From sequence record OP778609: a DNA stretch of 64,000 nt. The stretch is one strand, 5' to 3'. Positions 17,643 to 26,753 of this stretch are shown here, piece after piece (the first letter of the stretch is position 1; every line of letters begins with the position of its first letter). A model generated the notes under the pieces. That model was not told the origin of the DNA, ran no database searches, and saw only the letters and a program-made list of their open reading frames with translations. Origin of the DNA: Escherichia phage A73. Both the position numbers and the translations under genes were made by a program.

Positions 17643-18102
17643 CCAACCCTGGTTTCAGTTTTGGAAGATCTCTTATAAACTCAGGATAGAGGACATTAAC
17701 GAAGTCAATCTCATCATCTGTGGGTTTTTGAATATCTTCGAAATACTCGTCAAGATTGAATATCTGCCAATCCTTACACCCTGCCTTTCGGACACCCATG
17801 AAGATTTCATTGTTACAGGTAGCCATCCAGGAGATCCTAGATCCTTTACCATTCGCATTCGGCAATGTTGAAACACAGAAGCGTGGTACTTCCTGAACCT
17901 TAAAACCCTCGTCATAGTATCCACGACCACGTTGAAATTTAAACTTGGTCTTTCCCACTCTTTGACTAATCTTCATATCTCGGCGAAAGCTGTGGTCCCC
18001 CGTATAGATCAGTTGACGAAGACACTGAGTATATCTGATCTTTTTCCAATTCCAATCTCGAATGAGTATTTCATAGACTTCCTTAAATGCTTCATACGCC
18101 AT
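17599..18102 (-). CDS. hypothetical protein (167 aa)
   Basis: ORF. Confidence 0.55.
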   Translation of the reverse strand: MAYEAFKEVYEILIRDWNWKKIRYTQCLRQLIYTGDHSFRRDMKISQRVGKTKFKFQRGRGYYDEGFKVQEVPRFCVSTLPNANGKGSRISWMATCNNEIFMGVRKAGCKDWQIFNLDEYFEDIQKPTDDEIDFVNVLYPEFIRDLPKLKPGLDEIHKELRWRFGGY

Positions 18103-18331
18103 CGGAGGATTCCTTATCTAGAGCACCAACAATCTCGAACTTTGCTACGCCTAAAACAACCACATGACCCAAGGATTGTACACCTGTCCACGGAGTACCA
18201 TTCCTCTTAGGTCGCTTACCAGTTACATCGCAGAAATCATTCCGCATTTCTGTTGCATCAAACAACTCGCCTTTCGGAAAAACATCTTTGAAGTCAGCGA
18301 TCACGTTAAGACATTTCAGTTTCATATTCAA
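18092..18331 (-). CDS. hypothetical protein (79 aa)
   Basis: ORF. Confidence 0.45.
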   Translation of the reverse strand: MNMKLKCLNVIADFKDVFPKGELFDATEMRNDFCDVTGKRPKRNGTPWTGVQSLGHVVVLGVAKFEIVGALDKESSDGV

Positions 18332-18650
18332 ACACTCCTCTCTCTAATCTTTGTTTGGCAAGTAACTCCCTTTGTGCTCTAAGTGGCATCCTGAAAAATA
18401 TCACAACATTCTCCAAATCCGCTGCCCGTTTTTTAAGCCCTTTGGTGAATTTACCTTCCCGCTTAATTGCATCATATATACCCCTGTACTCCTCTTCAAT
18501 GGAGTTGTCTTCAAATATCTGGTTGGATACCATACTATCAATCTCCATACCGAGAGCTTCAAAGCTATACCAGTCTACATGTTCTTCTGTAACAGGACCT
18601 CTTTCTTTGTACACTTGTCCAGTTATTTCATTAACTACGATCGTTGTCAT
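18306..18650 (-). CDS. hypothetical acidic protein (114 aa), paralog of 18631-18975
   Basis: Start MTTIVVNE with AAGGAGA RBS; C-terminal FFRMPLRAQRELL motif shared with the next gene. Confidence 0.5.
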   Translation of the reverse strand: MTTIVVNEITGQVYKERGPVTEEHVDWYSFEALGMEIDSMVSNQIFEDNSIEEEYRGIYDAIKREGKFTKGLKKRAADLENVVIFFRMPLRAQRELLAKQRLERGVFEYETEMS

Positions 18651-18975
18651 TGGAGTATCTCCTTGCATTATACGGCATCCTGAAAAAGTTTAAAAGGTTG
18701 TAGATAGCAGCAACCCTCTCTCTTACCTTTTCGTCAGAGAAACAATCAGGACCTTCGCTGCAAAGTTTAAAATCTATATCTTCCCACTCAGCGACCACAG
18801 ATTCGTCTTCGAAAACTCCCTTTTCAAACATCATTCGAATCTCCATCTCCATACCCTTGAAGATTGTAAAAGTAACATCTTCAGGATCAAGGTATGATAC
18901 ATTGTCTATAAAGAGGCCCCTTTCGGGATAAATGACCATATGCAAAATAATCCTCCTGTGTCCAATATAATCCAC
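18631..18975 (-). CDS. hypothetical acidic protein (up to 114 aa), paralog of 18306-18650
   Basis: C-terminal NFFRMPYNARRY motif; start may be the internal MVIYPERG after AGGAGG. Confidence 0.45.
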   Translation of the reverse strand: MDYIGHRRIILHMVIYPERGLFIDNVSYLDPEDVTFTIFKGMEMEIRMMFEKGVFEDESVVAEWEDIDFKLCSEGPDCFSDEKVRERVAAIYNLLNFFRMPYNARRYSNDNDRS

Positions 18976-19063
18976 CCAGAAGCGATTTTGACGAGGTTTT
19001 CTTAAGATAATGATAAATCACCTTACCTCGTCGTAGACCTCGTTAGAATCGTTCTGAGAGCGT

Positions 19064-19321
19064 TTAAGCCATACCGAGCAAATTCATCTCTTTTAACAGG
19101 CCTTCCAAGGTAGCATTAAACAACACTGGCTTACCTTCCTCCAGCTTATTGAAGAAGATTTCATGAGTCTCATTGTCTATCTTCGCCATCTCTTTTACCA
19201 CTTCTTCTGACAAAAAGATATCGCTACCTCTTAACCCAGGGAACATTAAGAGGATTGCCGTTTTTGAATCAGTTGCCCAACCCTTTCCACCATCCAGACT
19301 GAATACCTTGATCATCATTTT
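19064..19321 (-). CDS. hypothetical protein (85 aa)
   Basis: Start MMIKVFS with GGAG RBS, directly after the upstream stop. Confidence 0.45.
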   Translation of the reverse strand, partial: KMMIKVFSLDGGKGWATDSKTAILLMFPGLRGSDIFLSEEVVKEMAKIDNETHEIFFNKLEEGKPVLFNATLEGLLKEMNLLGMA

Positions 19322-19616
19322 ACTCCAAATTAGCCAGTGCAGTTCGGACTTCAAGAAGAGTTGCCTCTCTTGACTCATTTCTTTCCGAGAAATCACGAAT
19401 TATCATCTTGTACTTCATTTCTTCTTCAGTACGGAGAATCTTCTGTTCGATCAACTTGTAAACTTTGTCCGCTCTTTCTGGAAACAACGCTGCAAAGAGA
19501 TTCCAGTCTTCCAATCGACCTTCGTAAGACTCTCCAGAGGTAAAGTACCGATCTCTTTCGATGCTGTCAACAAAATAATAACCGAATTCACCATAACGCC
19601 AAGTTTCATTTTTCAT
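19320..19616 (-). CDS. hypothetical protein (98 aa), paralog of 19778-20017
   Basis: Shared motif (R/E)YFTS...EGR.EDWN(L/F)...(F/H)PE(R/K). Confidence 0.5.
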   Translation of the reverse strand: MKNETWRYGEFGYYFVDSIERDRYFTSGESYEGRLEDWNLFAALFPERADKVYKLIEQKILRTEEEMKYKMIIRDFSERNESREATLLEVRTALANLE

Positions 19617-19774
19617 TTGATGTACCGCGCCGCAGCAGTGCCGATAAGGAATCCAGCAGGAACTGCGACGATGATAGCTTCAACCATTTTCAGGTCCGCT
19701 GCAACACAAGCTGCACCAACAACAACAGAACCAGCCCAGATAGCAATTACACGTTTCAAAAATTTAGTATTCAT
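19613..19774 (-). CDS. small membrane protein (53 aa, two TM segments)
   Basis: ATG at 19774 with GGAGA RBS; below the track cutoff; hydrophobic VIAIWAGSVVVGAACVAA and AIIVAVPAGFLIGTAAA. Confidence 0.4.
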   Translation of the reverse strand: MNTKFLKRVIAIWAGSVVVGAACVAADLKMVEAIIVAVPAGFLIGTAAARYIK

Positions 19775-19777
19775 TCG

Positions 19778-20017
19778 TTAGTCTCCTGATTTTGTTAAGT
19801 TTTCTTTTATTTTTACGTATTCAATTAAAGAGTTTGCAAGTTCACCATCGATTTTCTCACAAACCATTAGTATCTCTCTTACCTTTTCGGGATGAACAGA
19901 CTCATAAAAGTTCCAATCCTCTGTTCTTCCTTCTGGAGTTTTAGAAGTGAAGTATTCTTCTCTGTCTTGCTCCGGTAAGAGATAATATACAAGATTCAGC
20001 CTTTTATCGTCAAGCAC
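19778..20017 (-). CDS. hypothetical protein (79 aa), paralog of 19320-19616
   Basis: EYFTSKTPEGRTEDWNFYESVHPEK aligns with RYFTSGESYEGRLEDWNLFAALFPER. Confidence 0.5.
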   Translation of the reverse strand: MLDDKRLNLVYYLLPEQDREEYFTSKTPEGRTEDWNFYESVHPEKVREILMVCEKIDGELANSLIEYVKIKENLTKSGD

Positions 20018-20026
20018 TTTATCACC

Positions 20027-20401
20027 TTATTCGTAAAAAAGTTTATCCGCTTGCTCATTCAACCAACCCTGGCGAAAAGCCCCCTTGAGTACCTCTGCCC
20101 ACTTCGGATTTGCTGCCTCTAAGAGAAGAATTTCTTCTTTCTCTATGTTCATAGGATCAGCAAAGAAATCCAAAATCTGTTCATTAAATATACCCTCTAT
20201 CAAGATCCCTTTATATTTCAACGTCAAACGTTTTGTCATAAAACCTTGAGATAACAAAGCCTCCTCCACATCGAGTTTCGTAGTTGGAGGGTTTGGAAAA
20301 GGAAAGCCCGTCATAGGTGTTGGCGATGCACCTGTCTTCACAAAGGTATTCCCTCCAGTATTATTGAAGAAACCTTTCGCATTTTTATCATAAAGCGACA
20401 T
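20027..20401 (-). CDS. hypothetical protein (124 aa)
   Basis: ORF. Confidence 0.5.
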   Translation of the reverse strand: MSLYDKNAKGFFNNTGGNTFVKTGASPTPMTGFPFPNPPTTKLDVEEALLSQGFMTKRLTLKYKGILIEGIFNEQILDFFADPMNIEKEEILLLEAANPKWAEVLKGAFRQGWLNEQADKLFYE

Positions 20402-20404
20402 ATT

Positions 20405-20842
20405 TCATACCCCCTCTTGAATTTTTATCTCTGCCTCGTCCAAAGCTTCACCCATTGCAAGGATATACCTTGAAATTTCAGGAAACAACGCTTCAAACAT
20501 CTCTATCTCTTCTTCAAGTATATCCGTTGGATCGAGGAAATACTCTTCAAGGACTATCCGCTTTGTCCCACTCTTGTTGCCATAAGTAACAAAAACGAAA
20601 CGATCAGGTTTGCCAATAGAATCTTTGGAGGTTCTCCATTGGAAAAGATGCCTGTTTGAACTTATGTTTATCCTTTTGTCAGCCTTGTCCAGCGGGATTC
20701 TAAAACTTACGGATGTTGACATTCCTTCGGATTGAGTCCATTTTTCACTCTTCTTAAAAATATTGTTCCGGTATCTGTTTTTACCTAAGGCATTAAAAGT
20801 CCACTGCCTGCTCAATCTCTCGATTATCTCTTTAGTTTTCAA
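20405..20842 (-). CDS. hypothetical protein (145 aa)
   Basis: ORF; stop overlaps the next start. Confidence 0.5.
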   Translation of the reverse strand: MKTKEIIERLSRQWTFNALGKNRYRNNIFKKSEKWTQSEGMSTSVSFRIPLDKADKRINISSNRHLFQWRTSKDSIGKPDRFVFVTYGNKSGTKRIVLEEYFLDPTDILEEEIEMFEALFPEISRYILAMGEALDEAEIKIQEGV

Positions 20843-21360
20843 AACGGTATGTCCTCGTCAACAATAAATTTTATAGCATTCTTTACAGCCGCTTTATTCA
20901 GATGTTGAACACGCTGGAAGAACATTAGGTTCAAGTCAAGAAGAATATCATCATCTCCGTACAACGCCGTGAAAAGATCAAGCTCTTCATCTGTCGGATG
21001 CGTGGGATTCTCAAATAAGCCCTCAAACACCACCTGGGCCTCATTTCTTTTAGCCAGCGTGGTTGAGTCTCGATAGATATTTAATACCGTGTGTACATCA
21101 TCTACGCTTAGGATTTTGACACATTCCAGATCTCCTGTGTCACCATCGAGATAAAGAGTGATCGCAGGAGTTGACCAATTTGATTCACTTATTGCATAAA
21201 CGTAGATGCTTTTGCGATTACCAACTGCAATAGACTCTTCAATTTTCTTTTCTGCCGCCTTAAAGAAAGGTTGGTGTTTGATCCAATGCTCCCAACCAAT
21301 CCAACGAGCACCCTTACCATACGCATTCAGCACATGATTCTCAATGTTACGTTTACTCAT
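20839..21360 (-). CDS. hypothetical protein (173 aa)
   Basis: ORF; terminator downstream of the block at 21374-21406. Confidence 0.55.
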   Translation of the reverse strand: MSKRNIENHVLNAYGKGARWIGWEHWIKHQPFFKAAEKKIEESIAVGNRKSIYVYAISESNWSTPAITLYLDGDTGDLECVKILSVDDVHTVLNIYRDSTTLAKRNEAQVVFEGLFENPTHPTDEELDLFTALYGDDDILLDLNLMFFQRVQHLNKAAVKNAIKFIVDEDIPF

Positions 21361-21373
21361 TTAAAACCCCCAT

Positions 21374-21406
21374 AAAAGAAAAGCCAGCCACCTTTCGGTG
21401 ACTGGC
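21374..21406 (-). terminator. rho-independent terminator
   Basis: Hairpin GCCAGTCACC-GAAA-GGTGGCTGGC followed by a U-run on the minus strand. Confidence 0.55.
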
Positions 21407-21412
21407 CTAGAG

Positions 21413-21880
21413 TTAGCTACTAATCACCACGAATGCAGTAACTATAGCATACAGAAATCCAATTGCAACAAAAATTATCATAATGGGGTCAGAGGTTACT
21501 CGCTTAAGTTTTCCTAAGAAAGTTGATCGGTATTTGTGTTCCTTCTCCATTTTGTTTATCAAAATGATGAAAGAGTTGATATGAATATCTTCAGCACTCT
21601 CTGCAAAAGGTGTGTACTTGAACGTACCTTCTGTATTTGCAACAAAGCTGCGATGATACTTTTTACCGTCATAACTTTCTATAAGAAGACCATCCTTTGT
21701 CACCCGATAACTGACTGAACGGAACTTGTCATAAAAAACGTATGCCCTGAATCCATCTTGATCGGGAACAGCCTTTCTGACGTAGCCGTCAAAAAACTCC
21801 AATCTCTTTCCAGAATTCAGTTCCAAGTTGTCAGCTAACATAGGGAGTTGACTTACGTATGTAAAGTACATAATGATCAT
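21413..21880 (-). CDS. C-terminally membrane-anchored protein (155 aa)
   Basis: C-terminal hydrophobic segment IMIIFVAIGFLYAIVTAFVVISS. Confidence 0.5.
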   Translation of the reverse strand: MIIMYFTYVSQLPMLADNLELNSGKRLEFFDGYVRKAVPDQDGFRAYVFYDKFRSVSYRVTKDGLLIESYDGKKYHRSFVANTEGTFKYTPFAESAEDIHINSFIILINKMEKEHKYRSTFLGKLKRVTSDPIMIIFVAIGFLYAIVTAFVVISS

Positions 21881-22072
21881 CCTTCCACTAAGCTGAAATC
21901 ATTTTATCATATTATGAAAAAATACAACAGCGAAGATCGGTCATGAACACTATGTTGTTAATTTTTACAACAGGACTCCAAAAAAGTATTTAAATCACTT
22001 AAATCGATTTTAATACATAGAAAATACCTATGGACCAGATCTGACCCATAGGCTATACCTTAATGTGAAATT

Positions 22073-22651
22073 TTATTCATTTCCCCGATATTTTTGAATT
22101 GCGATCGAAGTCCTTGGTTCAGCCAGTCCAGTTCCATATGCATACCATTTGCCAGTGAGTGTTTTTCGAGCACCGTAGGACCCAATCTCCATGTCGTCAC
22201 AATAAACATCGTAACCGATCGGGGTCTTAACTAAAAAGAGTACATTACGAGGAATCCCTAAGAGGGTAAACATCGATATGGCATCTTTTGCGATCTCGTG
22301 AGAAATCTTCTCTGCATTCTTTTTACTGGTTGCACTTCTAAACAGTTCCATCTTTAAGAAGATATTGAAATGAATATCATCAAGAACCATCTCATCACGG
22401 AAGCATGGGGTCACAGCCATCCAACTGCCATCTTCCAACTTCCCTTCTTTGTCGAGTTGGAGGAATGATTGCTCTGCGGAAGCCACTGCATATTTCCCGT
22501 TCTGGACAATTCGAAGATCAGTAACATCTTCGGGGCATGTATGGTCCATAGCATCATCATCCACATAGCTTGGGACAACCTTATCATTGAAACCTTTACA
22601 TTTCCACCAACTGTGGGCATCAATAAACAATGTGAAGTCGATGTTTGACAT
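22073..22651 (-). CDS. hypothetical protein (192 aa)
   Basis: Start MSNIDFTLF with GAGGCT RBS; function not recognised. Confidence 0.5.
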   Translation of the reverse strand: MSNIDFTLFIDAHSWWKCKGFNDKVVPSYVDDDAMDHTCPEDVTDLRIVQNGKYAVASAEQSFLQLDKEGKLEDGSWMAVTPCFRDEMVLDDIHFNIFLKMELFRSATSKKNAEKISHEIAKDAISMFTLLGIPRNVLFLVKTPIGYDVYCDDMEIGSYGARKTLTGKWYAYGTGLAEPRTSIAIQKYRGNE

Positions 22652-22652
22652 T

Positions 22653-23156
22653 TTAGCCTCGCTTACCATTCTGGAATGCACGTTTAGTAATTTTTGACAT
22701 AACCATCAGGTCTTCTATTGAAGTGCTTGGATGATACTTATTCAGGTAGGCTTCCATAGCACCGACCAGATCAGAAAGCTCTACCAACTCCATGATCTTA
22801 CATTTTTGTTTAGCTGCATCCTTGAGTTCATCAAGTTCTTCTTGAATCTTAGTGATCTCTCCAAGCTCTCCGCGAGGGAAAGTATCCAGATGATAACCAG
22901 GTTTTTGTTCTTCAATACCCTCATGTCCGACAACACGAAATTTTCCGGCAGCGAAACGCCAAACACCTTCAAAATACACAATGTAATGTTCCGACTCTAC
23001 AATGAAGATAGTGTCGAAATTTTTAAATTTAAAAAATCCTTCGACAAGATTATCTTCTGTACTGAAACTTCCTAAGAAGTTGAGTTCTTGCTCCGTATGA
23101 AATTCCATAACCATATTTTCGTTCTGGAGTTTCGTCAGCAATTTTAAAATTTTCAT
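22653..23156 (-). CDS. putative MazG-like nucleotide pyrophosphohydrolase (167 aa)
   Basis: C-terminal half has an acidic helical pattern (EITKIQEELDELKDAAK...ELVELSDLVGAMEAYL) resembling MazG/dCTPase; start MKILKLL with AGGAGAG RBS. Confidence 0.35.
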   Translation of the reverse strand: MKILKLLTKLQNENMVMEFHTEQELNFLGSFSTEDNLVEGFFKFKNFDTIFIVESEHYIVYFEGVWRFAAGKFRVVGHEGIEEQKPGYHLDTFPRGELGEITKIQEELDELKDAAKQKCKIMELVELSDLVGAMEAYLNKYHPSTSIEDLMVMSKITKRAFQNGKRG

Positions 23157-23167
23157 TTTCTCTCCTC

Positions 23168-23656
23168 TTATGGGCAACACCGTGGAGATCTTCCACAGAA
23201 GAATTGCCAATTGGTTTCTGAGTCTTTGTAATTTACAAACCCTATCCTTCCGCACCCTTGTCCACTACAAACAGCCTCACGAGGATGATAGTCTATACTA
23301 CAAGAGTGTGGATGGTCAAATGCTTCTCGTATTTCAACACATAGTCGGCTTAACCAGGCGAACATTTTTGGCATAGAAGCCTCAAGAAGTTTAAGTTCGT
23401 CGATCGTAGGTTTGTCTTTCTCAAGGAAGAAGTCATCTATCTCGGAAAACAAAATAACGTTTTGAACTATCCCGTCAGTTACCTTGTAAGAGAACTCCTC
23501 AGTAAGCCTCACGGTAACTTCCTCTATCAGTTCTTTTTCATTATCTTGATCTTTTGCCAGTCTTTCCTCAATCCATCGGATAATGAAGAATCTTTCTCTC
23601 TGAACATCCATGTTCAAAGTGTTGATTATTTTTTCATAGATTAGGTTTCCTTCCAT
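23168..23656 (-). CDS. hypothetical Cys-rich protein (162 aa)
   Basis: C-terminal cluster of Cys/His (HPHSCSIDYHP...CSGQGCGR...CGRSPRCCP). Confidence 0.5.
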   Translation of the reverse strand: MEGNLIYEKIINTLNMDVQRERFFIIRWIEERLAKDQDNEKELIEEVTVRLTEEFSYKVTDGIVQNVILFSEIDDFFLEKDKPTIDELKLLEASMPKMFAWLSRLCVEIREAFDHPHSCSIDYHPREAVCSGQGCGRIGFVNYKDSETNWQFFCGRSPRCCP

Positions 23657-24768
23657 ACCTTGTCTTGTGCCTCCAGGATAAGTTTTTCAACAATCTTCAG
23701 ATCTGTTTTCTTTGGTAAGCTCGATTGCTTATAAAGAACATCTGTGATCATTTTATCTTTTTCTTCAGCCCAGTCAACAATTTCTTCATAGCGGTATTCA
23801 CCATTTCGGATTGCGAGGAGTTCTTCAGCGTCTGGTCGATTCACTAAAACTTTACCTTCTGTGAGGATTTCTTCACCCATCCGAAGAAGCCGGACCAAAT
23901 GCATAGCATGTTTAGTGTCGTAACCGAACTTCTCTTCCAGTTCATGACGCTTCTCGTTACGATTCTTAACCCATTCCCAATAGTTGTGGTGTTTCTCCTT
24001 GGCCCATTTATGATCGTCAGCACAATACTTAACAATCATCAGTGTCTTACCTCTTTTAACTTCATCTGGGATTTCTTCATAGTCCAGCTTACGGATAGAA
24101 CCATCTTTGTTAAACATAGGTTCAACATTTTCACGACGATCCTCTACAACGCCGTAAATGTTACTGCCGTAATGAACCAAAGTACAGAAGCCTTCCATGT
24201 TTTTAAATTTACGAACAAAGTCTTCGTACTTCAACTCACCTTCTCCGAGATAGCTCTGCACCAGACGGAAATAGTCAAATTGAGTTGGTGGCTCTTTTGG
24301 TTGCGGATTATTAATGTGTTTGTTGTGACCCTTGATCCGCTTTAACTGAGACATTGCATAACCACTGAAGCGAAATGCAACTTCACGAGACAGTAAGGAG
24401 TAGAAATGTTCTTTCATCTCTTTCCAAGCTTCGTGCTCGTACAATGTGGCTTTCGGATCAGTAAAACCCAGTTCAATGATATTTGGGTTCATCTTCGAAA
24501 ACAGTTGAAGGAAAGTTCCCAATTCGTAGATCTTAGCATCCTCTTCACCAGGGATGTTTAATTCAGTAACCTCTTTGAATGGGGTACGAACCACATTTGG
24601 GGTTGCAACAAAAACCCCACGGATATCAATATCACTACCTTCGTTATTCGTACCATACGCATGAGATCCTGCCAGACTCAACATCAGTACCTTCGCCACG
24701 TCTGGATGATTTTCCATCTTCTCTACGATACTTTTTACCTTTCCAGCACTCACAACTGAATTTTCCAT
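23641..24768 (-). CDS. Pol-beta-superfamily nucleotidyltransferase-fold protein (375 aa)
   Basis: N-terminal GS-x-AYGT-x(4)-GSDIDIRGVF (GS...D-x-D minimal NTase signature) followed by a long helical domain; GGAGG RBS. Confidence 0.5.
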   Translation of the reverse strand: MENSVVSAGKVKSIVEKMENHPDVAKVLMLSLAGSHAYGTNNEGSDIDIRGVFVATPNVVRTPFKEVTELNIPGEEDAKIYELGTFLQLFSKMNPNIIELGFTDPKATLYEHEAWKEMKEHFYSLLSREVAFRFSGYAMSQLKRIKGHNKHINNPQPKEPPTQFDYFRLVQSYLGEGELKYEDFVRKFKNMEGFCTLVHYGSNIYGVVEDRRENVEPMFNKDGSIRKLDYEEIPDEVKRGKTLMIVKYCADDHKWAKEKHHNYWEWVKNRNEKRHELEEKFGYDTKHAMHLVRLLRMGEEILTEGKVLVNRPDAEELLAIRNGEYRYEEIVDWAEEKDKMITDVLYKQSSLPKKTDLKIVEKLILEAQDKVWKET

Positions 24769-24858
24769 TTATCCTCCAATCATGTAAGTCACACAAGCCA
24801 ACCCAGTTGGCCTGTTTAATCTTTATAAAGTTTACGCAGCTTGTGCAGTCTTTTTTAT

Positions 24859-25254
24859 TTATAGGCATTTCACACCATAAATGATCATCAATACAACAAG
24901 TGTCAGTGTATAGATCAAACTCCCATAAAGTCCATGACTGGTGATTTTAAGCTTTTTCTTAAAGCACATCATTGTACTATAAATTACACCAGTCCAGTGA
25001 ATCACTAAAATCGCGGTGGCAATATCTGAAACATTACCCGCCCAAAGCATCAGAGAGTATGAGAGGTACATTGCAAAACCTGATAGCAGGAATGTAAACA
25101 AATAACCAATTACACTTTTCTTTTTCTGATATACGATTTTATTTTTCATGGTATCGATGTTCAGATTGTAATAGGCAACTGCCACTATCTGGATAATCAG
25201 CCCCAAGATAAAGAAAGAGATCAGTGTAACGTATTCAAAAATTGGTGCAGTCAT
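24859..25254 (-). CDS. integral membrane protein (131 aa, about 4 TM segments)
   Basis: Four hydrophobic stretches along the protein. Confidence 0.5.
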   Translation of the reverse strand: MTAPIFEYVTLISFFILGLIIQIVAVAYYNLNIDTMKNKIVYQKKKSVIGYLFTFLLSGFAMYLSYSLMLWAGNVSDIATAILVIHWTGVIYSTMMCFKKKLKITSHGLYGSLIYTLTLVVLMIIYGVKCL

Positions 25255-25652
25255 TATAATTTCTCCTCAATAATTTCAGAAATGAGATTCGAGATCTCGA
25301 AAGTTTCTAACTCTTCGACGTGTGACAAGCGCTGGAGGCGCTCGATAACAAAGTCTTTCTTCACAAATACATCCGACAAATGCTCAATGTCCTGCTTACC
25401 ACGCATTCCGCTAACCAACTGCTTGTATCGGATGAGTTCAATATACTCCTCTTTAGACATTACTGTCAAGCGTTCATCTGCACAAATATGCAAAAATACT
25501 TGCTTGCTGTCCCAGTCAAATCCTCTGTACACTGCCTCTACTTCACGGCGTGGTGTCCCGCCCAGTGTTACATGACCAACCTCAACAGGGATAGATACCT
25601 GATCATCAGGTCGGCACTGCTGCAACTCCTCAATCAATTCAGAAACTTTCAT
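25254..25652 (-). CDS. hypothetical protein (132 aa)
   Basis: ORF; start overlaps the upstream stop. Confidence 0.5.
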   Translation of the reverse strand: MKVSELIEELQQCRPDDQVSIPVEVGHVTLGGTPRREVEAVYRGFDWDSKQVFLHICADERLTVMSKEEYIELIRYKQLVSGMRGKQDIEHLSDVFVKKDFVIERLQRLSHVEELETFEISNLISEIIEEKL

Positions 25653-25654
25653 AG

Positions 25655-26110
25655 TTACCCCTGCTTAAGCTTGAAAGATTTAAATGCTTCGATAAAGTCC
25701 ATTTCTTTTTGCGTATACTTATGATCGATTGTATCAGCGAAAAGAGGGCAACGACCATCAACCAACTTCACATCCCACAGATGTTGAGGGAGAATAAATG
25801 CAATGGCTGTAAGTGCACCATTCAAAGAATCATTCTCCTCGCAGAAAAATGCGTAAGGAATCTTCTCTATGTTTGGAGCTAAAAATCCTTCTGCAAAATT
25901 AAGCATCTTAGATTGATAGCCTCCGTTCAACAAGATCATTGTTTGGTCTTTGCTTTGCCACTGATCTACAAGGTTGTATCTGTCATCATATCGATCGGCA
26001 TAGGCAAAGCCATAATGACCTACAAGGTTTGCTGCTGCATGTGCTGCTTGGATACCTGCTTGGATTCCCATCATATAGCTGTTTACCAATACGTACATCC
26101 GAGTTTTCAA
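25655..26110 (-). CDS. hypothetical protein with tentative PTH2-like (peptidyl-tRNA hydrolase 2) fold (151 aa)
   Basis: N-terminal M-x-VLV-x(3)-MG-x(4)-I-QAAHAA resembles the PTH2 core; TTG start 5 nt after GGAGG; weak. Confidence 0.3.
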   Translation of the reverse strand: MKTRMYVLVNSYMMGIQAGIQAAHAAANLVGHYGFAYADRYDDRYNLVDQWQSKDQTMILLNGGYQSKMLNFAEGFLAPNIEKIPYAFFCEENDSLNGALTAIAFILPQHLWDVKLVDGRCPLFADTIDHKYTQKEMDFIEAFKSFKLKQG

Positions 26111-26427
26111 TTCTTACCTCCGAAAATTCTTTTTGCAAATTTTTCATTACCTAACGTCATGTTGTAGAAAACTATAATTGAATAGACAATCCACGCAAGG
26201 ACATAAAATAAAATCAAGAAAGGCCAGCCCACAAACCAAAACACTGTCATTATTAACCAGCCCGTCATAAGGAGTTTATAATTAACATTCCCGTGATTTA
26301 AAGGGTCAAGTAAGTTACTGTTCTCTGGCAGGGTGATACGAAACCCACCTTGACGAAGCTTGATCAAAAAGAACCAAGCAGCAGAACTTATAATGCAACA
26401 TAAAATATATATCAGTAATCCTGTCAT
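26107..26427 (-). CDS. small integral membrane protein, paralog A (106 aa)
   Basis: Shares W-F-x-LIKLRQ-x-GF-x-I motif and TM topology with the adjacent gene. Confidence 0.55.
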   Translation of the reverse strand: MTGLLIYILCCIISSAAWFFLIKLRQGGFRITLPENSNLLDPLNHGNVNYKLLMTGWLIMTVFWFVGWPFLILFYVLAWIVYSIIVFYNMTLGNEKFAKRIFGGKN

Positions 26428-26753
26428 TTTTTAACTCCGAAGATCTTAGATAGTAATTTATCATTCCCGATAGTTACACCACAAAAACTTTTTACTCCGT
26501 ATACTAGATACGACCCGATTGTAACACAGATAATGATCGGATAAACAAGATACCAAAAGAATGTTGCAAGTATCCACCCTGCCATCACCATACGTAAATT
26601 TACATTTTCGTTATTCAGTGGCTCCAGGATATAAATATCCTCACAATCTTTTGGGAAGGGGATGTTGAACCCCTTCTGCCGTAATTTGATCAGTAAGAAC
26701 CAAAGTGGGCAACTAATAAGACAACCTATTAAATAACCTTCAACCATTTTCAC
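26424..26753 (-). CDS. small integral membrane protein, paralog B (109 aa)
   Basis: Tandem duplicate of 26107-26427. Confidence 0.55.
   Translation of the reverse strand: MKMVEGYLIGCLISCPLWFLLIKLRQKGFNIPFPKDCEDIYILEPLNNENVNLRMVMAGWILATFFWYLVYPIIICVTIGSYLVYGVKSFCGVTIGNDKLLSKIFGVKK

Noticed and set aside
22073-22651. Class-II aminoacyl-tRNA-synthetase-like motifs (CFRDE, GTGLAEPR) in the 192-aa protein
   Set aside because: Only short motif-like matches without the expected domain length or motif 1; too weak to call without a profile search.
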